Shown here piece by piece: positions 50,949-64,000 of a stretch of DNA of 64,000 bases. Source of the DNA: Euprymna scolopes (taxonomy: Eukaryota); NCBI GenBank assembly GCA_053919585.1, contig CM132825.1; one strand, 5' to 3'. The notes under the pieces are model-generated. The model was given only the letters and a program-made list of their open reading frames with translations, searched no databases and had not been told where the DNA came from. Position 1 is the first letter of the stretch. Each line of letters starts with the position of its first letter. The translations under genes were made by a program, and so were the position numbers.

Positions 50949-52169
50949 ATTTTCACCTTATAAATAAAATAAAGTACAGTGTTGTATTTCCATTTTTATC
51001 AATATCAAGTGCCAAGAAGACACCATGATATTGTCGTACTCTCTTTAATTAAAATCAAATACTCCTAATCCTTGTACTCCTTGTAATATAGCGTCCGGAT
51101 ATATATTTATGCTCATAGGAGTCTATCTCCAAAAACCGGAAAGGTGCTACAACTTTAGATAAAAAGATAAACAGTTTACTTCATGCAAGGTAATCCTTTA
51201 TAATGTTAATGTTAAAATAATCAGTTCATTGGATTTTTGAGGTGGGGATTAATTTCCAAGAAATAAAGTTTGATTGCTCACCCTCACATAAACATTGATT
51301 ACTCGAATGAGTTGCTGAGGCTGTCAAAGATGTAGATAATGTAAATAGTCTTAAAAATAACTTTGCCTGATTTTACATTTATGGCATCAAAAATTGATTG
51401 CATAGCAATATTGGGAGCTTTCTTATTTAAAACCTTTTTTATTATTTACTTTAAAAATCTTTCTATATTTACTCTCTAAAACTTTATTATTTAACCCCCT
51501 CCTTCTTTTGTTTATTTTAAAACCTTTTTTATTTAAAAATATTTTATTCTTTACTCTAAAAATTGTTTATTTAATGTGTAATTTTTTTAAAACTAAATTT
51601 TATTAAAAAAAAGACTTAGCTAATTTTTAAATCTGTACAAGATTATTAAATTTTTCTTTGAGATAATTTAAAATGTTTGCAAAGTAAAATGTTTTTAAAT
51701 GAATAAAAGTTTTTTTGAAGTAAACAAAAGTTTTAAGTAAATAAAAAAAGCTTATCAAAGTAAATAATGAAAAAACCGTTTTAGTTGAAGACAATTGGGT
51801 AAAAGTTTTTTTTTATTCTCTTTGTTGACCCCCTTTTCAAATCCTGTTTTCCTGAGCTTTTTCCAGTTCCAATGCAAAAACATTTTCACGCATTCAAAAA
51901 TTCTTTTTGTTTCAAATGTTTCATGTCTACATTTGATGGCAATAGTTCAGTTATAAGTAACTAACATTTAATGAAGTAAAACTTATTCATTATCCTATAA
52001 TAAACACACTTTTAGAAGTTTGCAAGAGTTAAAATATTGGCTTTCCAAAGATTTTACTGATATAATTTTCTATTTATTACAGATAATGTACAATGTCAGT
52101 TTTTTCTTTTCACTGCATTATTTTAAAATGAAGTTAATATTAATTACTTGTGTATACTTTATTTTTTAG

Positions 52170-52205
52170 GTTTATGAATGTGATATTGACCATGAACCAA
52201 TGCCA
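52170..52205 (+). CDS. dom: domino exon 33, 36-nt microexon (VYECDIDHEPMP)
   Basis: ttttttag / CCA|gtaagt, phase 0/0; resembles the EP400 segment preceding WTPPTPPQDD (recalled, not aligned). Confidence 0.8.
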
Positions 52206-53031
52206 GTAAGTATATTTTTTATTTTTGTAACTTTTAGATCCCCATCCACCTCGCTAAGAAAAAAAACAACTTAGATTAATCATTTTATTCAAAACAATTT
52301 TATTTCAATTTTTGAGAAGCTTCTTTTCAGTTGTGCTCTTTACTTTTTTGTTCTTCTTTATTCATCTCTTACTTTCTCTCTCTCTCTCTCCTTTTCCCTT
52401 TCTCTTTTTCCTTTTCTCATCTCTCTCCTCCCTTTATTTTATTTCCCCCTTTTTTTTAACCTTCCCACTTTTCTCCTCTTTCTTCCATTTCTCCCTTTTT
52501 TATCACCTACTTATTTTACTCTGTTCACTCTCTACTATTCTCCTTCTTTGCTATCTTTTCCTCTTTCTTTTCTTTCCATTCTCCACCCTCACAAAAACAC
52601 CTATAATTATAAATATGAAACTTGTTAACTTTAGAGGAGGTATTAATGATTCCTTCTGCTAGATGTGCCTTCTATGCAATTTGGTTGACTTATCAACTTG
52701 CTCTCCCCATAACTTGGCTAAAAACTATTCAAAAAAATTATTTAAGGCATCATTTTGTATAAATTATAAAGAAAAGATATAGCTGTAACTTAAAAATAAA
52801 AGAATACTTTAGCTGACTGACTTTTCATTCAGTGGCCCTGGCTTTTTGCCTTTTGACTTTTATTTAAAATCCTGTTTTCTTAGCTCTTTCTAGTTCTGAT
52901 GCTAAAAACCTTTTCATACATTAAAAAAATCCCTTTCCGTTCAAGTTTTTGACTCCTGTATAGCAATGGCTTAGGTATTTAGAAATTTGCAAGAATGAAT
53001 ACCTCTTCAAAATTAAATAAATCGAAATATT

Positions 53032-53075
<44 letters not shown>

Positions 53076-53132
53076 AATGATTTTCTATTTATTACAAATG
53101 TTATACAAAATCAATTTTTTTTTTTTTTTCAG

Positions 53133-53289
53133 ATGTGGGCTCCTCCAACACCTCCTCAAGATGACAATGATGTTTACATTGATAAGACAATGTTTTTCTT
53201 ATATGAACCAACTGTCATGCCAGAAACACAGTTACCACCAGTTTATGTCAGGAAGGAACACAAGCGTCCTAAAATTGAAACTGTAACGA
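53133..53289 (+). CDS. dom: domino exon 34 (MWAPPTPPQDDNDVYID...LPPVYVRKE)
   Basis: ttcag / A|gtatgt; EP400/DOM-A-type motif; frame differs from ORF track. Confidence 0.92.
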
Positions 53290-54113
53290 GTATGTATCAA
53301 GTTTATATATAACTAGCTTACTCGTATTCCGTTGTTGCCCTAGAAATGAAATTAACTTCAGAAATTAAACTATTAAATATTAACTATTAATAATAATAAT
53401 CATAATAATAATAAAAACAATAAGACTAACAATATAATAGGTTACAGTGGCTGTAATGTTCCTTATTAATTTTTCCTAATTTTGTGGATTTTTTTTTTTG
53501 TTTTTTTTAATTTATTTTTCAAATAGTAATATTTTTTCTGATCTTTGTTGATGATTTTTTTTTATTTCTATTATATTTTCATTTTTATTTTTCTAATTGA
53601 AGATGAACAGTTTTAAGCTACACAAAAATAAACCCCACTAACCCTAAGTAATGTTGATAACTATTCCATTTCGCTTTGTTCAAATGGTCTTTTTGGAGCA
53701 CTTGGACTTAGGGCTATTGTTTAGGTTAAAAAAATACTATTACTACTACTAATAATAATCATACTATGCCTTTCTAAACATTTCAGAGAAACTGAAATTT
53801 AGGGAGTATTTATTAATTGATGTCTAATGCCTAATGAAATTTCATAAAAATCAAAGGTATCAGAATTTTCATAAAGGGCTTGCATTCTCTTTGCTTAGTC
53901 TGCATAAAACTGAATTAAAATAGATATAGCACACATTACCTACCCTTATGTCTAGCAGCTGTTTCAAAATTAAAAATGATCCATTAATTGACTTTGAAAT
54001 AAATCTTACATATAGAAATATATATTAATTTTATTTGTATTTTTTTCTTTCCTTTTGTACTATCTATCCATTAACATTATAAAAAAACAAAATGTTTTAT
54101 TCCTCTTCTTCAG

Positions 54114-54346
54114 CACGAAAGCAGAAGCAGCGCAAAGAAGAACAGTTGAGAGTTCCTCGTTCATTGTTTGATCGACCAACAGCAGCCCTGCTAAAGATGC
54201 GTCGTGAGGCCAAACTCCAGAAACTAAAACATGGCTTGGTTAAGCCAATCCGTCCGATGCAGGTAGCATCTTCAAATAGGCAACCAGTTGAACCAGTGGA
54301 AGAACATCCAGAATGGTTGATTCATGAGGACTGGGCTTTGTTACAA
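54114..54346 (+). CDS. dom: domino exon 35 (PRSLFDR...PEWLIHEDWALLQ, SANT start)
   Basis: ttcag / CAA|gtaagt. Confidence 0.93.
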
Positions 54347-54644
54347 GTAAGTATCTACAAAATAATCATGGTGTTATTTTGGACAATTTTTTTTGCTTGT
54401 TTCAATTTTTGAATGACTCCTTTCAGAATCAGGGGAGACAAATTATGTAACTTTATGCAAAAGCAAAATAAATACACTAAAGTAATACAATAACACAAAA
54501 TAAAGTATTAATTATGTGAACATTTATTGAAATAAAATTAGGAAAAAAATAAGTGAAAGTTGTCATATGAAAATGTATGACTTAAAATTTAGTTTTGAGC
54601 AATCGTTATTGGAAAGTGTGAGACTTTTTTCTTTTCTTTTTTTT

Positions 54645-54692
<48 letters not shown>

Positions 54693-54883
54693 AGCAAAGT
54701 TTTTTAAAAAAATGGGCCAAAAACATTAATTCTTTGACGGAGTACCTCATCTTCTTCCATACTTTTATTATTTCCTGTTAGAATGCAAGCATTCCTTTCC
54801 TACTCTTTTTTTTTTTTTTTTTTGATTTTTTATTTTATTTTTCTTATTATTAAAAAAAAACTTTTAAAAAATATTTTTTACAG

Positions 54884-55111
54884 TCTGTCTTGTCACTTTT
54901 GGACCTAACATTGAACCTGACAGTATTATCACCGGCACGCATTGCCAACTGGGAATTAGTAGCTGATGTTGTCAATTGTTGTAGCAGAAATTACCGGTCA
55001 CCTAAACAATGCAAAAACCGTTACGAAAACGTGATTATTCCACGTGAAGAAGGACGTCTTCTTTATGATATGAATCCACGGAAACAAAAGAAGACGAAAG
55101 GGATATATAAG
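54884..55111 (+). CDS. dom: domino exon 36 (SANT/Myb: NWELVADVVNCCSRNYRSPKQCKNRYENVIIPREEG)
   Basis: acag / AAG|gtataa; EP400-type SANT domain. Confidence 0.94.
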
Positions 55112-55974
55112 GTATAAAAAAATTTTTTTATTTTTTTTATTTCTTCAAATAATGTTTCGTTTAAGACAAAGTTCTTAATTTGTCTTTTCTAAATACTTGG
55201 ATTTGCTTTGAGAGAAATATTTTCATGAATGTTTATCATTACCTTTGAAAACTGAAACAGAATTTTATGAATAAGATTTTATTAAATGCATAAATTTTGA
55301 TTCATCATTATAGCCTACTGGGAGGTTGAGGTTTTCTAGCCTAGTAAAGGGAAACTACTTTCTTTGTGGCAACATCTTATGTACTATTTCACTTCATATC
55401 TGAGATACAAAAATATTTAAACATGTTTTAAGTTTGAATCATCTCTATGATAATAATAACCATTTTAGGCTATCCGAAAAAAAAACAATACTGTGCGTGA
55501 GGTAATAAACAAACAAATTCCTTTCATAAATATCTAATAAATAGAATCCGTTCCATTTTTAGTACATTCAGTCGCATAATTTTATAGATAATTCCCCATA
55601 CATTAAAAAGCAGAAATAAAGAAAACATCTGTACGATGTACATACCCATGAAAAAAATAAAAACGAGAACATATTCCAAAAATTATATAAATCTATTAAT
55701 AGTTTATTTTTATAAAAAAAAATAATTTTGAAGCAATTAATGGTAATTTGTATGCATTATAACATAAATCTTGGAAGCTTGAATTATTGAGTTGTCTCCC
55801 TTTTGTTTCTTGCCTTTTTTTTTTTTTTAATCAAACTGATCAGTGGGGCAGTTACTGCAAGGACACTCATAAAATTTGATTCTCTTATATGGAAAAAAAA
55901 ATCACTTACTCAGTTTACATGATTTTTGGAATATGATATTTTTGTTTTGTTACAAGTATGTATAACATACAGAT

Positions 55975-56136
55975 NNNNNNNNNNNNNNNNNNNNNNNNNN
56001 NNNNNNNNNNNNNNNNNNNNNNNNNNNNNNNNNNNNNNNNNNNNNNNNNNNNNNNNNNNNNNNNNNNNNNNNNNNNNNNNNNNNNNNNNNNNNNNNNNNN
56101 NNNNNNNNNNNNNNNNNNNNNNNNNNNNNNNNNNNN
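55975..56136. other. Assembly gap (N run)
   Basis: Run of n. Confidence 0.99.
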
Positions 56137-56257
56137 GGACAAGAACCATATAAAGATTATAAAATTTTGTATCTATTAATATATATTCATTTATATTGTT
56201 TTAAATGTGATTTTTTTTTTTATGCTTATTTAATTTTTTTTATTTTTATTTTTAAAG

Positions 56258-56542
56258 ACAAAGAATAATCGACCAATTAAAACTAGTCAACTATTTGGGC
56301 AGGATAGCTACTCGGCAGCCACAACTTTGTACACAAGTCGCTTTGAGACAATAAAAAGCCTCTCTGTCAAAAGACAGCCTCCCTTACGCCAAACAGGTAG
56401 TCAGGGACCAAAGAATCCAAAGCATATGTCTGTATTAACAGATAATGGCATTGAATATGAGCAACCATTAAACCCAATTGACGTAGCTGCTAACCGTGCA
56501 GAAAGGATACAACGAGAAAAGAAGCAAAATCAAGCTGCAACG
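56258..56542 (+). CDS. dom: domino exon 37 (RPIKTSQLF...PLNPIDVAANRAERIQREK)
   Basis: aag acceptor / ACG|gtaagt; post-SANT EP400-type motif. Confidence 0.9.
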
Positions 56543-56757
56543 GTAAGTTCAACATCTTCAGTTAAGTAAAGCGATTATTACGATTAATTATCAAGCTAGT
56601 ATGCTGATACAGTTGAAAATTGCAAAATGTTTTTATTATTTTAATGCTTTTCTAGTTGTCAGCGTAATTAATTATTGGTTTTAATGTTTGTGTTACACAC
56701 TAGCATGTATTGGATGGTTTTTAGTGATTGACTTCCAAACTAACCTCTTTTTTCCCC

Positions 56758-56826
56758 CAAGTTCATTCATAATCACTTCTCAAGTTCATTCATAATCACT
56801 TCTCAAGTTCATTCATAATCACTTCT
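56758..56826. repeat. 23-bp tandem repeat, 3 copies
   Basis: Unit caagttcattcataatcacttct. Confidence 0.88.
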
Positions 56827-57421
56827 TCCAAACGTTTTCCTTGGCCATCCTCTGCCAACTGATCTTGTTAGAGGTAATCGATAGTAACTAAATATCGATT
56901 ATTACCTTAAAGGGCATGTTAAGATGAATATAGATTGCAGAGAGAAAAAACAAACAAACAAACAAACATGTGTCTCAAACTGTTAAAATCCAGAGTGATT
57001 CAGAACCTGGATGGCCCAGGGCCTGTAACTCCTGTGCCATTCAATTATCTCCCTTTTAACACAATGTTTACAAGAAGGACATTACAGTTATCTCAACATT
57101 TTAATCTAAGAGTTCTCATCCATTCTTTCGACATCTTACGTAAGCTGACCAGAAAATTCCGACAATAGCACGATCCCTATTTTGCATAAGTACTAGAAAA
57201 TCTGTGAAAGAAACGGAAGAGATCTAAATTATACAAAGTCAATTTGTAACAATAAATGTGTGCATATCCCAAAATGCAAGAGAATAGAATTCCATCGATA
57301 GGCATTCTTTCACAGGTATCCCGAACTGATTACCTGTACGGACTATATGATTTGTCAATGTTATTGCTTCACTTAAACTTTGTAAAGAATTCACTTTGTT
57401 TATCATCAATCTCGATTATTA

Positions 57422-57458
<37 letters not shown>

Positions 57459-57466
57459 TCATACAG

Positions 57467-57664
57467 CATGTGCCTGCAGACCAGCAGCTAACACCGGCTA
57501 GAACTTTGCAGCCTGGTCAGGTGCAGCTTCCGGTCACTCAGCAACAGCAACAGCAGCAACAGATACCTCAGGTTGTTGCAGCTAACCCTGCTCATGTATC
57601 AACTGTAGCAGCAGCCCAAGCGCAACAACTTCAATCAATTGGTCCTGTTTCTGGAACAGTCATG
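57467..57664 (+). CDS. dom: domino exon 38 (poly-Q)
   Basis: acag / ATG|gtaaga, phase 0/0. Confidence 0.85.
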
Positions 57665-59665
57665 GTAAGACTTAACACTTATTACCTACATTACCAAACT
57701 TTATTTGATATCAAACCACACACCCATGAACCATAACCCATTTCCTGTCTAATATGTTTCTTTTTTTTAATTAATAAATTGCCTGGGTTTTTTTTTATTT
57801 TGTTTTGTTTTGTTTGCCTTTGAAATATTTTTAGTCTTTTACTTTTAGCATTAGTGCTTCTTTGTTATGAGCAAAGTTACCAATTTTTTTTTTTTTTTTT
57901 TTTAGGTGTGGAATATCAGTATTATGTGTAGTTTTGGCATTAGTGTGCATACTCTCCATATCCTCATTCTTTTAAGTCATTTCTTAACCTTTTTTTTTTC
58001 TTTTTGTACTTTTTGATACCAGCTTCACAATACTTGCTGTTTTTATTTTTACTATCTAACACATGTACGAACACTTCTCATAGGTTCACTTAAATTCTAT
58101 ATTTGTATCTCTTTCCCTCTCTCATACACGCACAAACACATACATTTCAATTAACATTAGTTCCATCAATACTTTTGATTTCACAAGTACACTACAAACT
58201 TGATCTGCAGGAATTTTTTTATGGTATTGATGGAAGATCTAATGTGTAATGTCAATTGAAAAAAAAATGTTCTTGCACAATTGAGCACTGGTTATTTATC
58301 TCGTAAAATTAAATTTTTATATATATATATAAAAGCAAACATGTAAGCAAAACGAGTTAAGTATTAGGTATTAATTTTAAAGCCATACTTACAGCAGTCT
58401 GAAAATCTGTGGTGTATTATGCTATGTAGGGTAAGCGAAGCTTTCAATGTTTTTGTTGAAGCAAGTAAGGAGGGAAGCCATATTGAATTTTAGTAAAATC
58501 ATTCTGAAAGTGTTTGAAAATGTAATCTCTTATACTGAAACAATTCTGAGCAGTCAAAGTGTTGGAAGCCCCCAAAAAATGAAACGAAAGGGAACGTACA
58601 TTATTTATATACTGAATAAGTATTGGATGACTGTTACAACTAAATGATAAAATGAAATAATTATGGGCACGTTCAATAATTGAATCCTATGAAATATTTG
58701 GTAATGTTGTAAGCTGGGATAGGAGGAGGACATTACAATGAATGAGGAAGTATCTTGCTACCACCTGCAAGTATGACTTGTTTGGGAGAGTGATTCTCCT
58801 CAGAATTATTGTAGGAATTTAGTATATTAAAATAAATTGATATCAATAACCAGAAAACAAACATTAGTGGTAGTGTGACCATATTAAGTGTATATATGGT
58901 GTTTGTGTTTTTATTGATATATTTTTTTTCTAGAGGGGGGAAAATTGTTCTTATTTCATAGAGATATAAAGTAAACAATATTTTAATTTTCAGTGACCAG
59001 GTTATTATTTATTTTTTTATTATTAAAATTTAGAATAAAAAAATTAAAAAAAAAAAAAAAAAAAAAAGTAATAAACATTTAACTACTAGTATATATCAGT
59101 CATGCAGCTCATTAGAAGACCAAAAATATTTCCCAAAAGAAAACTCTTGAGCTAAAGAATACACAAAACTTTTACATGCATTATACATGGAACCCAGTTC
59201 CTTACTGAGAGCAAGGATTTTTTTTCCATAGTTAGCCATATTGAATTTACTATACAGTCATGGAGGTCTACTAACAATGCAAAACAGATTTTCTAATATT
59301 AAATGTACTGTTAAGAAATTTTTTTAAATATCAAAAAGAATATCGTTAACTTTAAATAAGACAGAAATTATTTCAAACTCAAATACATGAAAATTGGGTA
59401 CATAAACTATGACTAAATAAATGCTTAAAGTTTTTGCTTACTAACATCTAAATTTTATTTACGTGTTATTTTCTATCAATTTAATAATCAAAAGATTATT
59501 TAAGCCAACAAAACCTTTTTGTTTTTAATACATGTTTGAACGTCTGTATTTTCATGATTTTGTGACCCAGAACTTTTGGTTTTCAATAAACTTTATATAC
59601 GTTTGTATTGTATGTCCATATTTCAAATGTTTTATGATATACTAAGCTTATTGTCTGCTGTGCAG

Positions 59666-59860
59666 ACTGGATTGTTACAGAAAGCAGATGGCATAGGAGT
59701 GAGATCAAGTTTAAAAGCTGTCCCTATTTCGTGTACCAAAGGAAATCAGAGAAACATTCTCATCAACACTACAGGAGGCACCATATCTTCAAATTCCTTT
59801 GCCGCTATCAACAAGCATGTCTCTCAGGGCCACACAAATTCTCCCCAAGTCACTACAGTT
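59666..59860 (+). CDS. dom: domino exon 39 (TGLLQK...SFAAINK); gene continues beyond window
   Basis: gcag / GTT|gtgagt, phase 0/0, no stop. Confidence 0.78.
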
Positions 59861-62743
59861 GTGAGTTTCATACTTTTAACACAGATAATTGAAAATTCAA
59901 AAGATCTAATCTGATTGAGGACAAAAAAAAAAAAAAAAAATTTTTTTTTTTTTCAATTAGATAGATGACAAATGTTAAAATAAGTTTTTTTTTTTTTTGT
60001 TTTTTGTTTTTTTTTTTGTTCATGTATTGTTTGTATTAAGATCTCTTTTTTTTGTCAGTTAATTAAAAGAAATTGTTTATATTTCATGTTAATTTTTTGT
60101 TAGATGGAATTGGTTCAATGAGTTTTCTGTTGGATCAAATAAGATTTGAGGAACCCCATAATGAGCAACAACCAAAAGGTCACATTTTGTCAGAACATTG
60201 ATTTAAAGGGGAGGGAGAAGGTTTTACAATTTGAAAAAGATATTTTAAGTATTGGATACATTACTACAAAATCTGTAAATCTGTTATACATATGTCTGGG
60301 AGTGTTCTTATATGGATTTTGTACCGGAATGTGTCTGAAAAGTATTGAAAAAAATCTGATTTAAGGAGAAAGTCTGATTTTCACCAAAGTTAACACTTAT
60401 ACAACCCCAAATCACAAATGCATTTGAGAAGTTTTATCATTGCACAAACAGAAAGGCTCAGCCTATAAAATAAACTCCCTAACTAGTATAGGCAATTAAT
60501 GGATTTTATTAAAAGATGGGTGATTTCACAAATTTTAATGACAATAAAGGTATGGGAGGGTGGAATATTTATTGATCTTCATTCAATCCCGGACAACATG
60601 GGGTTTCCCTACTATTAAACAAAACTGGAAGTATTGGTATAAAGACAAAATGTTTCCTTTTTGTTGTTTTTCATTCTGAGATGCCTCAAATTTATTTTAT
60701 TAGATCTATTATATTCACTTATGATGCACTCTTACCATTAAGAAACCTATGACCCATATCATCCTGGATGTGGAAAAGAAAAATAAGTTCAAATCAAATG
60801 AGTTTTTAACATTATGCGTAGATAACTAATTTTTTACTTAACCCTATTTTCAATTTAAAAAAAAAAAAGAAGTTATAAACACTTTGTTATAGGAAGTTTT
60901 ATAATATATGTGAAACACCAAAATGAAAACTCACCCTGAAAAAAATATTTTCACAAATATGTCAAGAAAATGGCTAGTGAAGAAAGAACAAAAACTCAAG
61001 TTTCAAATCCCGTGTTTTAACTAAAAAAAAAATTATGAACGTGAGTTCTCGTTTTTTCCTACTAGGCGTGCTTTTGCCGCACTAGTTTTCATGTTTACAT
61101 TGAAAATTTGTCCTAACTTTGTTTTTAATATTTTTTTAATTGAAAAATGGTTTAAGTAAAAAAAAAAAAAAAAATATGAAACGCCCCAAAATGCATCAGG
61201 AGGTGAAACCTCAATTTGCATATTTGGGGGAGAGAGGGGGTGGGGTAATCACTTAAACTATTTCTTTACATGTGTGCACAAAACAGCTTAATAATCTACA
61301 AAATAATCATAAATGTAAATCAAAAACCAATTTTGTTGTATTCATAAAATAAAATACGAATTTTGAATTTCTAATAAATAAAATAAATGAGCCCTTTAGA
61401 TCATCTGTGGACACTGGTTGTGAATCCTTACTTGTAACTTATATGTAAACTATATTGTGAAGTTAGAGAAAGTTTTTAGCTCGATTGGTGAATCTGCTTA
61501 TTAAGATTTATTGTTTTCATTTTAATCCTAAAGTCATCTATAGTTTTATTTATTACAAAAATTACCTGTACCCACCCGGTGTCGTCTGGGTGTTTTTTTT
61601 TTTTAACTTTCATTTTTGTTTTGATTTTTCATTAATTTTATTGTTTTAACCAAATTGGATAGGGGGAGGGGCTTAATTTGAAAGCTAAAGTTTATTATTA
61701 TGATATTGTATAATTATTAAATTAATAATTGAACCAAATCATGAAAAAGAATTATGACTAATTGCTGTTGAGGTAATGTTTTAATATTAATTTATAAAGT
61801 TATTTAGATATAAGTAGTTTCCTAAAACTTTCAATTTGAGGATTTGCTAATAATTTTAAAGGCAGCTTTAAAAGATTCTTTATTTGAAAGTTTAAATGCT
61901 TCCAAATTCTTTTTAAATTTTGGCAGGATCACAAAGTAATTCACCCCCACCCTCATCTCCTCTCCTACAATATATCAGAAGTGCATTCTGGTAGATTCAA
62001 TTTCATAATTTAAAAAAAAAATTTTTTAAATAGGATTAAAAAAAACTTAGCTTTAATATATTACATGATTGAATAGTTTAGTTCAATTAAAGTAAATAAA
62101 AATGTATATAAAAGATGCAAGAAACATAGGCACACAAAGTGCTCACACAATTTTATTAATATATAAATTGTGTTAATTCAATTTACTTGGCATTTGTTTT
62201 GTTAACTAATCTGAGTGCCCTCCCTTATCTTTTTTTTTATTATCAAGTTATTATTTCTGCATGGCTCACTTTGTTTCCCCTCATTCCTTAATATACCTTG
62301 TCTTGTAATTTGCCCATGATTTGTCTGTTATTATTTTTGTTTATATAAGTGTTGTTCATTTTCTAATGTTTCTAATTTCCTCTGTTTAAAAACACTTGAT
62401 GTACAATCTGAAAACCATTCCGAATTTTAGTGCTTTTGTAACAGTACATTTTGTACGATTAAAATAAGTCTTTTTTTTTTTTTTTTTAATTTCTTTGGGC
62501 AAAACATGAAGCCACTTGATTTAAATACTACTACAAGGTCAAAAACTAACCAATGATAAGTCTTAGACGAATAGGGTTTTTAGTTCTCCCCCACTGCAAG
62601 AATTGTGACACTAGGCGGAAAATGGGATTGAGAATTCAGCGTCTCAGAGGAGGGGCAGTCTGACTTGCAAAAAAAAAAAGTGCCTGGGCAGCCCTGTTGG
62701 CATTCTCTAGTAAGGGTGGCTCAAGCTATTAGCAATAAACAAC

Positions 62744-63651
62744 GCTTCTACACTATCAGAACAAAATTTTGTCGTCAATAAATGAAATTTTCAGATAAAA
62801 AAACGATGGTTTCTACTGATTATTTTGTCAATTCCAAATTATGCAATCGAAGTTACCTGAATATTATTGAATCATTTAAAAAAAAAAAGTTTAATCGTGT
62901 TAGCAGATGAAAAATTGCCTCCATCTTATTTAAATCAAAACAGAAAATTACCTCTCCTTTCAACTCTCCTGTGTCTTAGATAAGGAGTGATGCCCACAGC
63001 AAATGATCGTTTTCTTCAAATTCTATTTTTTAAAAAAAAATTTTTTTTAACATGGAGTTCACCACTTATCAAGGCCCATGGGCCACTCGAGGATAAGGGT
63101 TATTGTGTGTACAGTAATCAATGGGATAGTGTAGTAATAGTATTAGAGAATTGATAAAGTGTCATTACTTAAGGGGGCGGTTCATCAGGAATTTGTGTTG
63201 GACTTGAAGACATCCAGGTTGAAGTCGAGAGGGAAACAGGCAAGTGGAACAGAGTTTCACAGGCGTGCAGTTCTAAGAAAGAAGCTTTGTTCATGGAATC
63301 TACGTTTTGATTTAGGCACAGATAAGGAGTGGGGAAAATTATTGACAGTGGTTTCAGCTAGTCGGGTGTTTTTTGAAAAAGATTGGTGAGGGGGGACCAG
63401 AGAATGGAGCTCATACAAGCACTTGCCATGGAAATAATGATAGAACAAAGATAGGCTTGCTAACGTCTCTTCTGTGGGAAAGAGCTTGCAGGGAAGAGAA
63501 AATAATTTTAATAAATAATTTTCTACCTTATCGATTTTCATAATTGTTGGATATGTTCATCATAAAAATACAAGGAATACATAGTTACCATTGTTTTCAT
63601 GTGAAATTCAGTTTTACGATTTCTGAAATTTTGTTCTGATAGTGTAGAAGC
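62744..63651. mobile_element. Non-autonomous TIR element (possibly PIF/Harbinger-like) containing a nested LINE fragment
   Basis: Perfect 26-bp inverted repeat gcttctacactatcagaacaaaattt / aaattttgttctgatagtgtagaagc. Confidence 0.65.
63055..63500 (-). mobile_element. LINE 3' fragment (CR1/L2-group-like ORF2 C-terminus)
   Basis: LASLSLFYHYFHGKC..LVPP..SFFLRTARL; homologous to 7745-8285. Confidence 0.72.
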
Positions 63652-64000
63652 ACCCAATAAACTAATCCTATCTCAAAGAGAACACAAAACTTAGGAAGGT
63701 AGACGCCCTAGAACTCTGCAGAACAAACACTACACTGCAAAATCAACAGGGACCAAGTCATTACAAAAATGATCTAATTTTTGTTGATTTCGGGGGCCAA
63801 GATAGAAATCCTTAGCTATAGTATTATTAGATGAATAAATTCTGACACAGAAAACAGCAATTCTTTCTCCTTTTGTCAGAAACATTGATTATAGAATGTG
63901 AAGACTAAAGTCTACAGTATGCTGTTGTCCAAAATCCATTAGTAAATAAAATTAAGACTGTTTTTTAGTACAACAGATTTAAGGATATTTTTTACAGACT

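Noticed and set aside
52312-52662. 116-aa hydrophobic ORF, and similar F/L-rich or N-spanning ORFs
   Set aside because: Translations of polypyrimidine tracts or assembly gaps
52170-59860. A separate EP400-like gene downstream of an SRCAP-like gene
   Set aside because: No HSA or ATPase exons between 41901 and 52170; the exons continue in frame from the donor at 38832
60480-60615. Helitron-like 3' hairpin end
   Set aside because: Hairpin and terminal CTAG are degenerate; insufficient support

Overview
AT-rich, intron-rich eukaryotic (metazoan, probably invertebrate; mollusc/cephalopod is only a guess) genomic DNA. The whole window lies inside one + strand gene for a SWR1-family chromatin remodeller (domino / SRCAP / EP400). 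I traced 39 phase-compatible coding exons from 128 to 59860: HSA domain, acidic linker, split SNF2 ATPase ([25 protein letters not shown]), then a fork. Exon 32 (from 38698) either reads through into a ~3.2-kb terminal exon (stop at 41901; basic region plus ~45 TQKVPISTM-type nonapeptides; SANT-less, DOM-B/SRCAP-type) or splices at an internal donor (38832) over 13.3 kb to a 36-nt microexon and p400/DOM-A-type exons (WAPPTPPQDDND motif, SANT domain, poly-Q) that continue past the window. The intron just before the fork holds a 95 x 42-bp two-variant array with higher-order structure, each unit resembling a branch point plus AG|GT in the host reading frame. Introns also hold LINE relics, MITE-like hairpins, a tRNA-like head next to a decayed hammerhead-like core, small minisatellites and two N gaps. 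Exon boundaries are read by eye and family calls are from memory; no database searches were run.
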